Positions 9,040-17,981 are shown, counted from the stretch's first letter. The stretch is DNA of 34,829 nucleotides from Pseudomonadota bacterium (GCA_021790625.1 JAJYGL010000239.1:1-34829), one strand, 5' to 3'. Program-made: numbers and translations. Notes: generated from the sequence alone by a model not told the origin.

Positions 9040-11277
9040 TCAACGCGTCAAGGTCATGAACAGGCGCGTCATCTGTTCGGGCAAACGTGCAACGTGGTCA
9101 ATAATGGTGTGATATTTACCAAAAATATCATGTACATAATCACCCGCATGTGGGTCGAGACTGACGCACCAGACAGCAATACCTTCTGCAGCAAGCTCGC
9201 GTACCGCCATGCGCGTATCTTCAATCAGCATACGGGCATCACTGCTATCAATGTCGGCCGGTTCGCCATCGGTCAACAACAACAAAATCCGGCGCTCTGC
9301 CTGCTGATGCGCAAGGTAATGCGCGGCATGACGCATGGCCGCTCCCATACGGGTAGAATAACCGGCTTCCATGGCGGCCAGCCGCGCTTTGACAGGGTCT
9401 CCCCATGTCTCACTGTAGCCTTTGATATGCCAGAAACGAACATCGTGCCGGGTGTTGGAATGAAAACCGCTGATGGCGTATTTATCCCCCAGCGCGGCAA
9501 TTGCCCAACCCAGCAGACTGATGGCTTCCTGGCTCAGCATCAGCTTGCTTTGCGCGCTTCCGGCCGGCACGTCATTGAGCGATGCCGACAAATCCAGTAG
9601 CAACGATACGGCGATGTTCCGTCCATCATGGCGATGGCTGAAATTGACGCGCGGGTCAGGTATCGCGCCACTACGATAGTCCGTCAACGCGCGTATTGCC
9701 ACATCAAGGTCAAGATCGGTTCCTTCTTCCTGATAACGCTGGCGCACTTTATTTTGCGGTTTGAGCTGATCAATCAGGCGTTTCAACTGTCGGGATAGCA
9801 AACGGTGTTTATCGAGGATGTGATCAATCTTCCCGGCATCCGCAGCAGGGTGCAGGTGCTCATAAACACTGACCCAGTCTGGCCGATATTGCTCGCTAAC
9901 GTAATCCCATTCAGCATACAAACGAGGCGGCAAACGTTGACCGGTTTCATCGACGTGTGGTGTTGGCTTCGGTTTTTCGTCTTGCCCTTCTTCATCACCT
10001 TCCTCGATAAATTGCCACATCAGCCGGTTGTCGTCACGATAGTCAATCACCGTATCGTCAAACCAGACTTTGGGGCTGAAATCGTCTACCACCCGGGTTT
10101 TGGCAACCCAGGCCACGCCCAGCTCGGCCATCTCGGCGGTTGTGCTTTCTGTCTGCGCCAGACGGGCATGAAAACGGGACACAAAGTCCAACAAAACCGT
10201 GTCCTGATAACCATGATCGGGATATAACAAGGCGTACGACAGCAAGGTCAACCGATGTCGTATGCAGGCATGCCCAGGTGGGCAGGCGTGTGGATCGGGG
10301 TGCGGATGCAGGCGTTGCCAAGCTACGCGCAAACCTGGATAACGCCGTCTGGCCAGATATTCTACCCGCGCATCTTCGAACATCTCGGCCGCCATGCGTT
10401 GAAACGGACTCAAATTATCAGCGACAATACGCTGCGTCCAAAGTTTGTGGGCGCTCACATGCGCCAATAGCGCGCGATAGCGATCAATACCGCGTACCCC
10501 AGCCCTGTCGTCATACACTTCCGGCAGATGCAAACCCTGCGCATCAAAATAAGGAACCGGTTTACGCAAGGTATCATACGCCAGCGAGTAAGGAATAAAG
10601 CGCATCTCACTTTGCCACAATCCGGCCAGATACAGATCCAGCCTGCGCTCTGCATCGACAAATAGCGTACCGTGCCGTTCACGTTGCAACACTGCGCGGC
10701 TATCGGGTGTGGCCAGTAAAAAATAGTCGCGTTGCCGATCCGGATCGGCGAAATGGGCGCGTACGCCATATTCAACCCAGCGAGACAACCCGGAAAAAGA
10801 CAATAACTGCACGACTTGCGGAATGCTGGTAAGCAATTCGACCAGACATTCACTGGGATACATTTTATCCAGTCCATGCACTTTTGGGCTGGTGCGCTGC
10901 ATGGTATGCCAGAGCAGATGCAAATATTCGCGCAACAAGTCCAGACTTTCATAGGCACGCGCCACCGACCCCATACCCTGCAGTAACGGCGTCAGCGCAC
11001 GACCATTCGGAGTGCGGGTCAACCGTTGCACAAAAGTCAGTACGGTATCGATTGCCGCATCCCCCAGCAACGTGGCCACGCCAGGCATTTCTTCCAGAAA
11101 AGCCAATACAGGCGCTTCACCGCGACCCATGCGACAAATCTGTTCTGCGCCCGCGACATAAATCGCCAGCGCTTCCACCGACAAAGTGCGGGCGGCATAC
11201 GCATGACAATCCGGAAAAATGCGCTGAACGCTTTGAAATCCGCAGGAAAGACTTTCCACGACCTGCGATGTATTCAT
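9040..11277 (-). CDS. cbbO: RuBisCO activase adaptor with C-terminal VWA domain
   Basis: YAEWDY...YRPDW, DLDLDVAIR, MIDAS-type LLLDLSASLN, GYSTRMGAAMRHA, LLLTDGEPADID; lies downstream of cbbQ. Confidence 0.95.
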   Translation of the reverse strand: MNTSQVVESLSCGFQSVQRIFPDCHAYAARTLSVEALAIYVAGAEQICRMGRGEAPVLAFLEEMPGVATLLGDAAIDTVLTFVQRLTRTPNGRALTPLLQGMGSVARAYESLDLLREYLHLLWHTMQRTSPKVHGLDKMYPSECLVELLTSIPQVVQLLSFSGLSRWVEYGVRAHFADPDRQRDYFLLATPDSRAVLQRERHGTLFVDAERRLDLYLAGLWQSEMRFIPYSLAYDTLRKPVPYFDAQGLHLPEVYDDRAGVRGIDRYRALLAHVSAHKLWTQRIVADNLSPFQRMAAEMFEDARVEYLARRRYPGLRVAWQRLHPHPDPHACPPGHACIRHRLTLLSYALLYPDHGYQDTVLLDFVSRFHARLAQTESTTAEMAELGVAWVAKTRVVDDFSPKVWFDDTVIDYRDDNRLMWQFIEEGDEEGQDEKPKPTPHVDETGQRLPPRLYAEWDYVSEQYRPDWVSVYEHLHPAADAGKIDHILDKHRLLSRQLKRLIDQLKPQNKVRQRYQEEGTDLDLDVAIRALTDYRSGAIPDPRVNFSHRHDGRNIAVSLLLDLSASLNDVPAGSAQSKLMLSQEAISLLGWAIAALGDKYAISGFHSNTRHDVRFWHIKGYSETWGDPVKARLAAMEAGYSTRMGAAMRHAAHYLAHQQAERRILLLLTDGEPADIDSSDARMLIEDTRMAVRELAAEGIAVWCVSLDPHAGDYVHDIFGKYHTIIDHVARLPEQMTRLFMTLTR

Positions 11278-11283
11278 ACTGGT

Positions 11284-11367
11284 ATCAATCCTAGCGTCAA
11301 TTCTGACATCAATTCTGACATCAATTCTGACATCGATTCCGATATCAACTCTGACATCAACCCTTCA
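11284..11367. repeat. 7 x 12-bp imperfect tandem repeat filling the cbbQ-cbbO spacer
   Basis: atcaatcctagc gtcaattctgac atcaattctgac atcaattctgac atcgattccgat atcaactctgac atcaacccttca. Confidence 0.9.
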
Positions 11368-12183
11368 TCACGCGTCGAACACGGCGTCGATGGCGTGATG
11401 AAGGGTATCACAAATATCAGCGTCATCGCTAATGGGTTGCACCAGCGCCATGCGGCAAGCTTCGCGAGCGGCAATGCCCTGCGTCATCAACTGTCCGGCA
11501 TAGACCAGAAGCCGGGTTGAAATACCTTCATCCAGCCCATGCCCTTTCAAGGCGCGGGCAGTCTGGGCAATCTGCACCAACCGGACGGCGACCTGTTCAT
11601 CGACATGGCTTTCCTGCTGCAAAATGGCCGCTTCGGTAGCAGGCAACGGGTAATCGAACGATAACCCGGTAAACCGCTGTTTGGTGGATTGCTTCAAATC
11701 TTTCATCAGGCTTTGATAGCCGGGATTATACGAAATGACGAGCTGAAAATCCGGGTGCGCCATCACCAGTTCGCCTTTTTTATCCAATGGCAAGGTGCGC
11801 CGATAGTCGGTGAGCGGGTGTATGACCACCGTGGTATCCTGCCGCGCTTCAACAATCTCATCCAAATAGCAAATGGCGCCGTATCGCGCAGCAAGCGTCA
11901 ACGGACCATCCGCCCAGCGCGTACCGTTGGCATCCAGAAGATAACGCCCGACCAGATCGGCAGCAGTCATGTCTTCATTGCAGGCCACGGTAATCAGCGG
12001 TTTCTGCAGCCGCCACGCCATGTGCTCAATGAAACGTGATTTTCCACAACCTGTCGGACCTTTGACCATCACCGGCAAACGCGACCGCCAGGCTGCTTCA
12101 AACAGCGTGATTTCGTTGTGTTGCGGGCAATAATACGGTTCTCGCGTTACCCGAAAGGCGTCGATATCAAAAGTGTCAGACAA
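11368..12183 (-). CDS. cbbQ: MoxR-type AAA+ RuBisCO activase
   Basis: Walker A GPTGCGKS, Walker B CYLDEIVEARQD, ISYNPGYQ, KDLKQSTKQRF, GLDEGISTRLL; TTG start with GGAGA RBS. Confidence 0.96.
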   Translation of the reverse strand: MSDTFDIDAFRVTREPYYCPQHNEITLFEAAWRSRLPVMVKGPTGCGKSRFIEHMAWRLQKPLITVACNEDMTAADLVGRYLLDANGTRWADGPLTLAARYGAICYLDEIVEARQDTTVVIHPLTDYRRTLPLDKKGELVMAHPDFQLVISYNPGYQSLMKDLKQSTKQRFTGLSFDYPLPATEAAILQQESHVDEQVAVRLVQIAQTARALKGHGLDEGISTRLLVYAGQLMTQGIAAREACRMALVQPISDDADICDTLHHAIDAVFDA

Positions 12184-12228
12184 AATGCGTTCTCCGCAAA
12201 AACAACAAGATCATAAATAATGGAACGT

Positions 12229-12310
12229 CGTCACGCAGCCATCAACAAAAGGGACGGCCGCGTGACGGCGCTCCCGAATCCGGAGCAACACGACTCTCTG
12301 CCGGATTCGG
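12229..12310 (-). other. Two stem-loops in the cbbM-cbbQ intergenic region
   Basis: cgtcacgc(12229-12236)/gcgtgacg(12260-12267) and ccgaatccgg(12274-12283)/ccggattcgg(12301-12310). Confidence 0.65.
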
Positions 12311-12323
12311 TCCCAGCCGCAAA

Positions 12324-13703
12324 TTACTTGTGCACACCCAGTTTTTCGCGCCAACCCGGATACAACTTGTCAGCATCCTTGGGGAAGGATTCAAAAGCAC
12401 GGGCAAATTCTTTGTGCTCTTTGGCAAACTCGATCGGATCCGCACCGGCTTTCCAGCATTCATACGATTGGCGCAACGAAGTAGCACCGGCAGCCGGGCT
12501 GTCGATATGACCGTATGCCCCACCACCTGCCGTATTGATGACGTTGCCATGCCCCAGATTTTCAAAGAAACCCGGCAAGCGCAACGCATTCATGCCCCCG
12601 GAGATGATCGGTGTGGTCGGTTTCATGCCATACCATTTCTGAAAGTAGACCGGACCTTGGCACTCATCACGCTCAATCATGTAAGCGATATTTTTATCAT
12701 CGGCGTCACCTTCCATCTTGCCGTATCCCATGGTGCCAACGTGGATGCCGGAAGCACCTTGCAGACGGGACATCTTGGCCAGCACGAACGCGGTATAGCC
12801 CCGCTTGGCGGAAGGCGATGTCACCGCACCGTGGCCGGCGCGGTGATAATGCAGATATTGGCTCGGATACTGACGACGAGCGGTGGTGACCATGCCCGGA
12901 CCGCCAACATAGCCGTCGACCAGAAATGCCACCTTGTCGGCGTCCGGCCCAAAGACTTCCAGAATGTAGTCGGCGCGAGCGCACATCTCATGGTGATCAT
13001 CAGCAGTGATATTGGCAGAAAACAGTTTGGCCTGACCCGTTTCATCTTGCGCACGTTTCAGCGCATCGGCGACCAATGGAATGACCTTTTTCATCGGGCA
13101 GAACACCTGATTGCCTTGGGGTTCATCGTTCTTGATGAAATCCCCACCCAGCCAGAACTGGTAGGCGGCTTTGGCGAACGGCTCGGGGCGCAGCCCCAGT
13201 TTCGGCTTGATGATGGTGCCAGCGATATAGCCGCCATCCTTGATAGGGCGCCCAAGAATACGCCACATATCGCTGATATCGCGCGCTGGTCCGTCAAACA
13301 ACTGGATAGCACGTTCCGGCACATGAAAATCAATCATTTTGGCGTGTTCGATATCGCCCATACCCTGATTGTTGCCGATCGCCAACGTCAGGAAAGACAC
13401 AATCATCATGCGACCATCGGTGACATTGCGATCGAACAGTTCCAGCGGATAAGCGATGCGCATGTCTTCGCTGGCTTCATCAATGTAATACACCAACGCG
13501 TCAACGCCGCGCGTAAAATCATCGGTGGTCGAAACTTCCACATTGGTGCCAGTAGAAGATTCTGCGGCAAAGTGTGCAGCGGCCTCAAGATAACCATGAC
13601 CGGACTTCGGTTTCATTTTATAAGCAACCAGAAGGTGTTTTCCGCCCTTGATCAGTTCGTCTTCTTTCAGACTGAGATCAGAATAGCGTGCAGATTGATC
13701 CAT
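12324..13703 (-). CDS. cbbM: Form II ribulose-1,5-bisphosphate carboxylase/oxygenase
   Basis: MDQSARY start, [31 protein letters not shown], catalytic [31 protein letters not shown]; 459 aa, no small-subunit gene. Confidence 0.99.
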   Translation of the reverse strand: MDQSARYSDLSLKEDELIKGGKHLLVAYKMKPKSGHGYLEAAAHFAAESSTGTNVEVSTTDDFTRGVDALVYYIDEASEDMRIAYPLELFDRNVTDGRMMIVSFLTLAIGNNQGMGDIEHAKMIDFHVPERAIQLFDGPARDISDMWRILGRPIKDGGYIAGTIIKPKLGLRPEPFAKAAYQFWLGGDFIKNDEPQGNQVFCPMKKVIPLVADALKRAQDETGQAKLFSANITADDHHEMCARADYILEVFGPDADKVAFLVDGYVGGPGMVTTARRQYPSQYLHYHRAGHGAVTSPSAKRGYTAFVLAKMSRLQGASGIHVGTMGYGKMEGDADDKNIAYMIERDECQGPVYFQKWYGMKPTTPIISGGMNALRLPGFFENLGHGNVINTAGGGAYGHIDSPAAGATSLRQSYECWKAGADPIEFAKEHKEFARAFESFPKDADKLYPGWREKLGVHK

Positions 13704-13787
13704 GTAATGTTCTCCAATTCGTTAAAGGTGCGGCGCGCAGCGCGTGCTATCGTTATGCCACGTCGACACTATACGCTTACAATTCCA

Positions 13788-13834
13788 TAAGGAATATTCA
13801 GTAATTTTGATTATTTGTATAAGTAAATACTTAT
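13788..13834. promoter_or_regulatory. Putative CbbR (LysR-type) binding boxes upstream of cbbM
   Basis: TAA-N7-TCA (13788-13800), TCA-N7-TGA (13798-13810) and palindromic ATAAGTA-aa-TACTTAT (13819-13834, TAA-N8-TTA) fit the TNA-N7/8-TNA pattern, in an AT-rich tract. Confidence 0.65.
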
Positions 13835-13880
13835 CGATTTATTTTTATTCAGGAATTACCGAATAAATTTCGCGCCGACC

Positions 13881-13912
13881 AAAACAAAACCCCGCCATAT
13901 CTATGGCGGGGT
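13881..13912 (-). terminator. Rho-independent terminator downstream of the NYN gene
   Basis: Minus strand reads ACCCCGCCATA-GA-TATGGCGGGGT followed by TTTGTTTT. Confidence 0.8.
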
Positions 13913-13963
13913 AGAGCGCCCAATTCGGGCTGAGGACAACAACGCAAGACGACAAGCGGTTGG

Positions 13964-14093
13964 CAACAAGGGGGTAAGGAACCGCTGATTATGGGTGGGC
14001 GCTGGCTCGAAGGGCATCCCTGAGATTACAACAAGGGGGTAAGGAACCGCTGATTATGGGTGGGCGCTGGCTCGAAGGGCATCCCTGAGATTA
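13964..14093. repeat. Perfect 65-bp tandem duplication covering the NYN stop codon
   Basis: caacaagggggtaaggaaccgctgattatgggtgggcgctggctcgaagggcatccctgagatta occurs at 13964-14028 and 14029-14093. Confidence 0.95.
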
Positions 14094-14893
14094 CGCTTTT
14101 CTTGCTCGTCTAGCGCGCGTCCGAGCTCTTTTCGGCCTGTAGACAACAGACACCGATCCACTTCCTGCGGAAGCACACCCTCTTTTGGGATCTGTGCCTG
14201 CAATTCACGCGCAAGCGTAGCAAAGACGGTCTGAGCGATAACCGCGAAATCTCGCGGGTTAACAGGCAGGGCCTCTTCCGGTTGCACGGGCGCAGACACT
14301 ATAACGGAGGAGGGGGTCAGATTTAGATCCGGAACAGGGGCAGTCACAACCTTTGCCGACGCCGCAGTCACAAATTTCCGCACCTCGATATCATCCCAAT
14401 GAGTTTTGCGGTCAACTTCCGCCTTAAGGTACGGGGATGTCGCTTCCGTCGGGCCCATGGATAGCAAATGTACTCGGATACCCAGATTTTGCGCTGCCAT
14501 TACGCCGGGGGTTAGGTCTGCATCGCCTGTAACGAGTAGTGCTTCGGAAATCGCCTTGGTTTGCGCTAGGCTAATCATGTCCGCAATAATGAGGCCATCT
14601 ACCGCTTTTTGGGCGCCGACGCCATTGCGAGTACCGAGCCGAAGCTTAAAGTCGTCCATGTCTTCGATGGAGCGATGGCAGATCGTCTTACCACTAGGTC
14701 CCGGGCCATCGTACCAGTACACGCGAAGCAATTCTGCATTGGGGAACTGAGTACAGACTTGCTCAAGAAGGCTCTCACGGAGAGTGGGGTAGCAAATGGT
14801 CACCTCATCACGGCTAGCTTTCTTGCCCCAGATGATATGCACTGCTTGCACCCAAAAGTAACCTGCATCCACAAATACCGCGATTCTACGCAT
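14054..14893 (-). CDS. NYN-domain (PIN-like, LabA/DUF88) predicted ribonuclease
   Basis: AVFVDAGY, LRVYWYDG, QKAVDGLIIADM and LLVTGDADLTP supply the acidic NYN active-site residues; Pro-rich linker and helical C-terminal domain. ATG 14893 with AGGGG upstream. Confidence 0.88.
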   Translation of the reverse strand: MRRIAVFVDAGYFWVQAVHIIWGKKASRDEVTICYPTLRESLLEQVCTQFPNAELLRVYWYDGPGPSGKTICHRSIEDMDDFKLRLGTRNGVGAQKAVDGLIIADMISLAQTKAISEALLVTGDADLTPGVMAAQNLGIRVHLLSMGPTEATSPYLKAEVDRKTHWDDIEVRKFVTAASAKVVTAPVPDLNLTPSSVIVSAPVQPEEALPVNPRDFAVIAQTVFATLARELQAQIPKEGVLPQEVDRCLLSTGRKELGRALDEQEKRNLRDALRASAHP

Positions 14894-14899
14894 GGCTGC

Positions 14900-14992
14900 C
14901 CCTAGAAATGCGAAAGGGCGCCGAAGCGCCCCTTCTAGTAGAGGTGCCTTTGGGGCACCGATGTAGCAGGTGTTTTTGGACACCGAGTAGAA
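14900..14992 (-). ncRNA. Candidate structured leader/antitoxin RNA upstream of NYN
   Basis: CUACUC-GGUGU(CCAAAA)ACACC-UG-CUACAUC-GGUGCC(CCAAA)GGCACC-U-CUACUA-GAAGGGGCGC(UUCG)GCGCCCUUUC. The structure is read from sequence; expression is not shown. Confidence 0.5.
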
Positions 14993-14997
14993 GCCTC

Positions 14998-15027
14998 ACT
15001 ATAAAGCATGATTCGAGAATTTGTCAA
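14998..15027 (-). promoter_or_regulatory. Sigma70-type promoter for the leader RNA and NYN gene
   Basis: Minus strand TTGACA (15027-15022), 18-bp spacer, TATAGT (15003-14998). Confidence 0.7.
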
Positions 15028-15157
15028 GTGGTGTATAAATCAGTGTGCTTGATTTACCAGTTTTCATCTACGGCTTGGCATCGTCCTCCCGGCTACGACC
15101 TGCGCCGTACGCGTCATGATCTTCCCGATTTGACCCGCAACGCGACTCTTGGAGGAG

Positions 15158-16582
15158 TTAATCAGCGGTTCCCTGTGTATCGATGGCAGAGGCCCAGTTG
15201 ATAGCATCCATGTGCCATTGGTTGAGCTGTCGGGCATCCAGCCCAAGCGAGTCGGACAGTTGTTCAATCTGCTGCTGATCCGCCTGTTCAAAAGCGATGG
15301 CAAGCCGCAAAAAGGGGGCATACGGCCCATGCCGCTGTAAGAGCGCGCGTGTGACATCTTCAGTAAGATTCAAGCGTTCAATGGCTTGCGCCATGGTGGT
15401 ATTCAGCAACACATCCAACAGGGAAAAAATACCGATAATAAACAACTGGTCGGCCGCCTGCGCGGAAAGCAGTTGTTTCCCCAGCGTTTCGGTCAGCCGC
15501 GCCCGCACCAGCGCGTGTTGTAACAAAGCACGGTCGCGTGGAGAAGATGCATCATCGTCATTGAACAATAACAAGGTCAACCAGCGATACAGCGGCTCAT
15601 AGCCCAGATACATCAGCGCTTGCGCAATCGACTCTATTTTACGGCCAAGACCATTGAGCGGACAATTGATAAAAGCCAACAACTTGTATGGCAGCAGAAC
15701 GTCATGTTTGATGGCGTCATTCAGCACGGCAAATTCGGCGTGCTGTGCCGTCAGGTTGAGCAATTCTATCACCCGCAAGCGGTTGGCATCGATATGATTA
15801 GGCAATCCGGGAGATTTTTGCGCGAAATAATAACCCTGAAAAGCGTCAAAACCCATTTTCGAGGCCGCCAGATAATCATCCTCGCAACCCACGTCACGGG
15901 CGATAATCGGGCAGTTCTTCAAATGACGTAACGAAGCAAGCCGTTGACTCAACACCTGCGCATCCCAACCATGCAAGTTAAACCGCAGATAGCACGCCAG
16001 ACCCTGCAATTCTTGCGCGTCGGCCTCGTCCGGCAGATCATCAAATGCCAAGGCATAACCTTGCTCGATATAATGGCGACACCGATCGGCAAACTCCGCG
16101 TCCAGCTCCGCGCCCTTGACATCGATCACCAGCACGACGGACTCACAAGGAAGCATGTTCACCCACGTTCCCGCCAGAGAAGTTGCCGAAAGGCCAATAA
16201 ATGTGGTGCGATGCCCGCTGAACGAATGCAGATCGATTTGCACCAGCGCCGAAATCAGTGTTTCGTCGGCCAGTTGCCGGTCAGCCGCCGACAGGGATTC
16301 GTTCTCGACATGCCGAAACGCAAAATCGTACCCCAGCACTGCATGCTGCCGGTCCAGAACCGGCTCGCGCAACAAAAAGTTTTGCATGGAAGCAGGAACA
16401 CCTGGCGACGGTTGCGGCAAAACCCATTCCATTTCTTCCTGGCGGACAGGCGAGGGCGGTGCTTCGGCGTTGGCCGGAACTGGCGGCGCAGCAGACGTCA
16501 CCGACTCATCCGACGGCTTATCCGTTCCGGCAGGCTCATCGGTTACTTTACCCGTTGATTTCCACCAACGCCCAAAAATCAA
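15158..16582 (-). CDS. EAL-HDOD (YuxH/PdeH-like) protein with degenerate EAL motif
   Basis: REPVLD...GYDFAFR, LAFDDL, GFDAFQGYYF, YKLLAFIN, RARLTETL, FIIGIFSLLDVLL. Likely TTG start at 16582 behind GGAGAG (the ORF track extends to 16627). Confidence 0.85.
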   Translation of the reverse strand: MIFGRWWKSTGKVTDEPAGTDKPSDESVTSAAPPVPANAEAPPSPVRQEEMEWVLPQPSPGVPASMQNFLLREPVLDRQHAVLGYDFAFRHVENESLSAADRQLADETLISALVQIDLHSFSGHRTTFIGLSATSLAGTWVNMLPCESVVLVIDVKGAELDAEFADRCRHYIEQGYALAFDDLPDEADAQELQGLACYLRFNLHGWDAQVLSQRLASLRHLKNCPIIARDVGCEDDYLAASKMGFDAFQGYYFAQKSPGLPNHIDANRLRVIELLNLTAQHAEFAVLNDAIKHDVLLPYKLLAFINCPLNGLGRKIESIAQALMYLGYEPLYRWLTLLLFNDDDASSPRDRALLQHALVRARLTETLGKQLLSAQAADQLFIIGIFSLLDVLLNTTMAQAIERLNLTEDVTRALLQRHGPYAPFLRLAIAFEQADQQQIEQLSDSLGLDARQLNQWHMDAINWASAIDTQGTAD

Positions 16583-16646
16583 GGAGAGCTCCCCAAAGAA
16601 AACAACAGAACCCGACACAGACAACAAACGATGCCAACATCATCCA

Positions 16647-17981
16647 TCATCTGCCATCATTGTGCAACATATCTGCCTCTCGTACCCAGGACAGCGCCTC
16701 CACCTGCAGGCGATTGAGCAGGGCAGATGTCATATTGAACTTTGTAGCGAGCTCAGTCAACAAATCCGCCTCAGCGATTGGCGCGACATTCTCCAACTCT
16801 CTCGCGAAATGCAAAATATCGGTATACACATCCGGTTCGCCACGCAAAGCACGCTGCATGGGTGGGGCGAGCGTCACAAATTCCAGCACCTGCACCATCG
16901 GAACATTGAATAACGCATCCAGCAAAGAAAACATGCCAACAACAAACAAACTGTCGCCATTCATGGGTGGTTTGTGCTGCTGAGCCAACAATTCGCACAA
17001 CCGTCCACGCAACAATGCCTGGTACAACAGCAAGCGATCGTTAGGTGCCAGATTGCCGCTGGTGAACAGTAAAACAGTCAACCAGCGGTACAGTGGGTTA
17101 TAACCAAGAAAATACAATGCCTGCGTAATCGACTCCAACGGATGATCCAACCCGCTCAACGGCGAGTTGATGTAACTTAGCAAGCGATACGCCAACACGA
17201 CATCGCGCCGGATGACCGCATCCAGTTCAACCATTTCGGCATGCTGCGCCACCAGATTCAGCAACCGGATGATATGCAAACGGTCATGATCAATCCGTCG
17301 CGGCATCTCTGGCCGTACCTGGGCAAAAAAATAGCCTTGAAATGCCTGGAACCCCAACACGCGACAGGCTTCATATTCATCTTCCGATTCCACTTGCAAG
17401 GCAATGCGCATGGCTGACCATTTGGTTAGCGTGGCCATTTGACGCTCCAGCTCAACCATGTCGTACCGCCGCGTTTCAAACCGCAAAAATTTTACCAGCG
17501 GCAGCAGAACCTGCGCGGCGGGAACGTCCGGCAGGTTGTCCAAGGCAACGTTCACCCCTTGTTTTGCCACCATTTCAACTGCATCGACCAATGTCGTAAA
17601 ATCTACGATTTCCGCCATATCAATCGCGGGCACCACCTGCGCACCGGAGAAACAGTCGAGCCATTCGGTCAACAACGAAGCGTCCATACGTAAAAACAAT
17701 ACCTGCTGCACGGGCAAACTATCGGCCAAGCGTCGAATGATGGCGCAAAACTCCGGAGCCAGCACATTCAGCACCGCGTCCTGACCGGGGAGAGAAGGGT
17801 CTGCCCGAAAAGCCACATCATGGCCGACAAGATGGCCGGCAGCATCCACCACGGGTTGCCGCACCAAAAAAGAAGCCCCGGCACCAATAGTGCTATGTGG
17901 TCTTGAGTCAGCAACATCGGCCACCAGACTACTGGTCGTTGCCGAATGATGGTGAGAAAACTTCAACCAATGGTCAAACAT
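16647..17981 (-). CDS. EAL-HDOD protein with degenerate EAL motif (tandem paralog)
   Basis: RQPVVD...GHDVAFR, VALDNL, GFQAFQGYFF, YRLLSYINS, RGRLCELL, FVVGMFSLLDAL. Confidence 0.87.
   Translation of the reverse strand: MFDHWLKFSHHHSATTSSLVADVADSRPHSTIGAGASFLVRQPVVDAAGHLVGHDVAFRADPSLPGQDAVLNVLAPEFCAIIRRLADSLPVQQVLFLRMDASLLTEWLDCFSGAQVVPAIDMAEIVDFTTLVDAVEMVAKQGVNVALDNLPDVPAAQVLLPLVKFLRFETRRYDMVELERQMATLTKWSAMRIALQVESEDEYEACRVLGFQAFQGYFFAQVRPEMPRRIDHDRLHIIRLLNLVAQHAEMVELDAVIRRDVVLAYRLLSYINSPLSGLDHPLESITQALYFLGYNPLYRWLTVLLFTSGNLAPNDRLLLYQALLRGRLCELLAQQHKPPMNGDSLFVVGMFSLLDALFNVPMVQVLEFVTLAPPMQRALRGEPDVYTDILHFARELENVAPIAEADLLTELATKFNMTSALLNRLQVEALSWVREADMLHNDGR

Noticed and set aside
11365-11370. 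Selenocysteine read-through of TGA-TGA fusing CbbQ to CbbO (selD is in the window)
   Set aside because: Two consecutive UGA codons, no SECIS-like hairpin downstream, and both genes have normal lengths and ends.
12330-13790. 486-aa plus-strand ORF
   Set aside because: Antisense shadow of cbbM with no recognizable motifs. The same applies to most other overlapping ORFs in the track.
13964-14093. CRISPR array
   Set aside because: Only two abutting 65-bp copies, no spacers, no cas genes, and the unit includes coding sequence.
14894-14983. 30-aa N-terminal extension of NYN from the GTG at 14983
   Set aside because: It begins within ~10 nt of the predicted transcription start with no RBS, and the NYN fold starts at M-R-R-I-A-V-F-V-D. 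The region is better explained as structured RNA.
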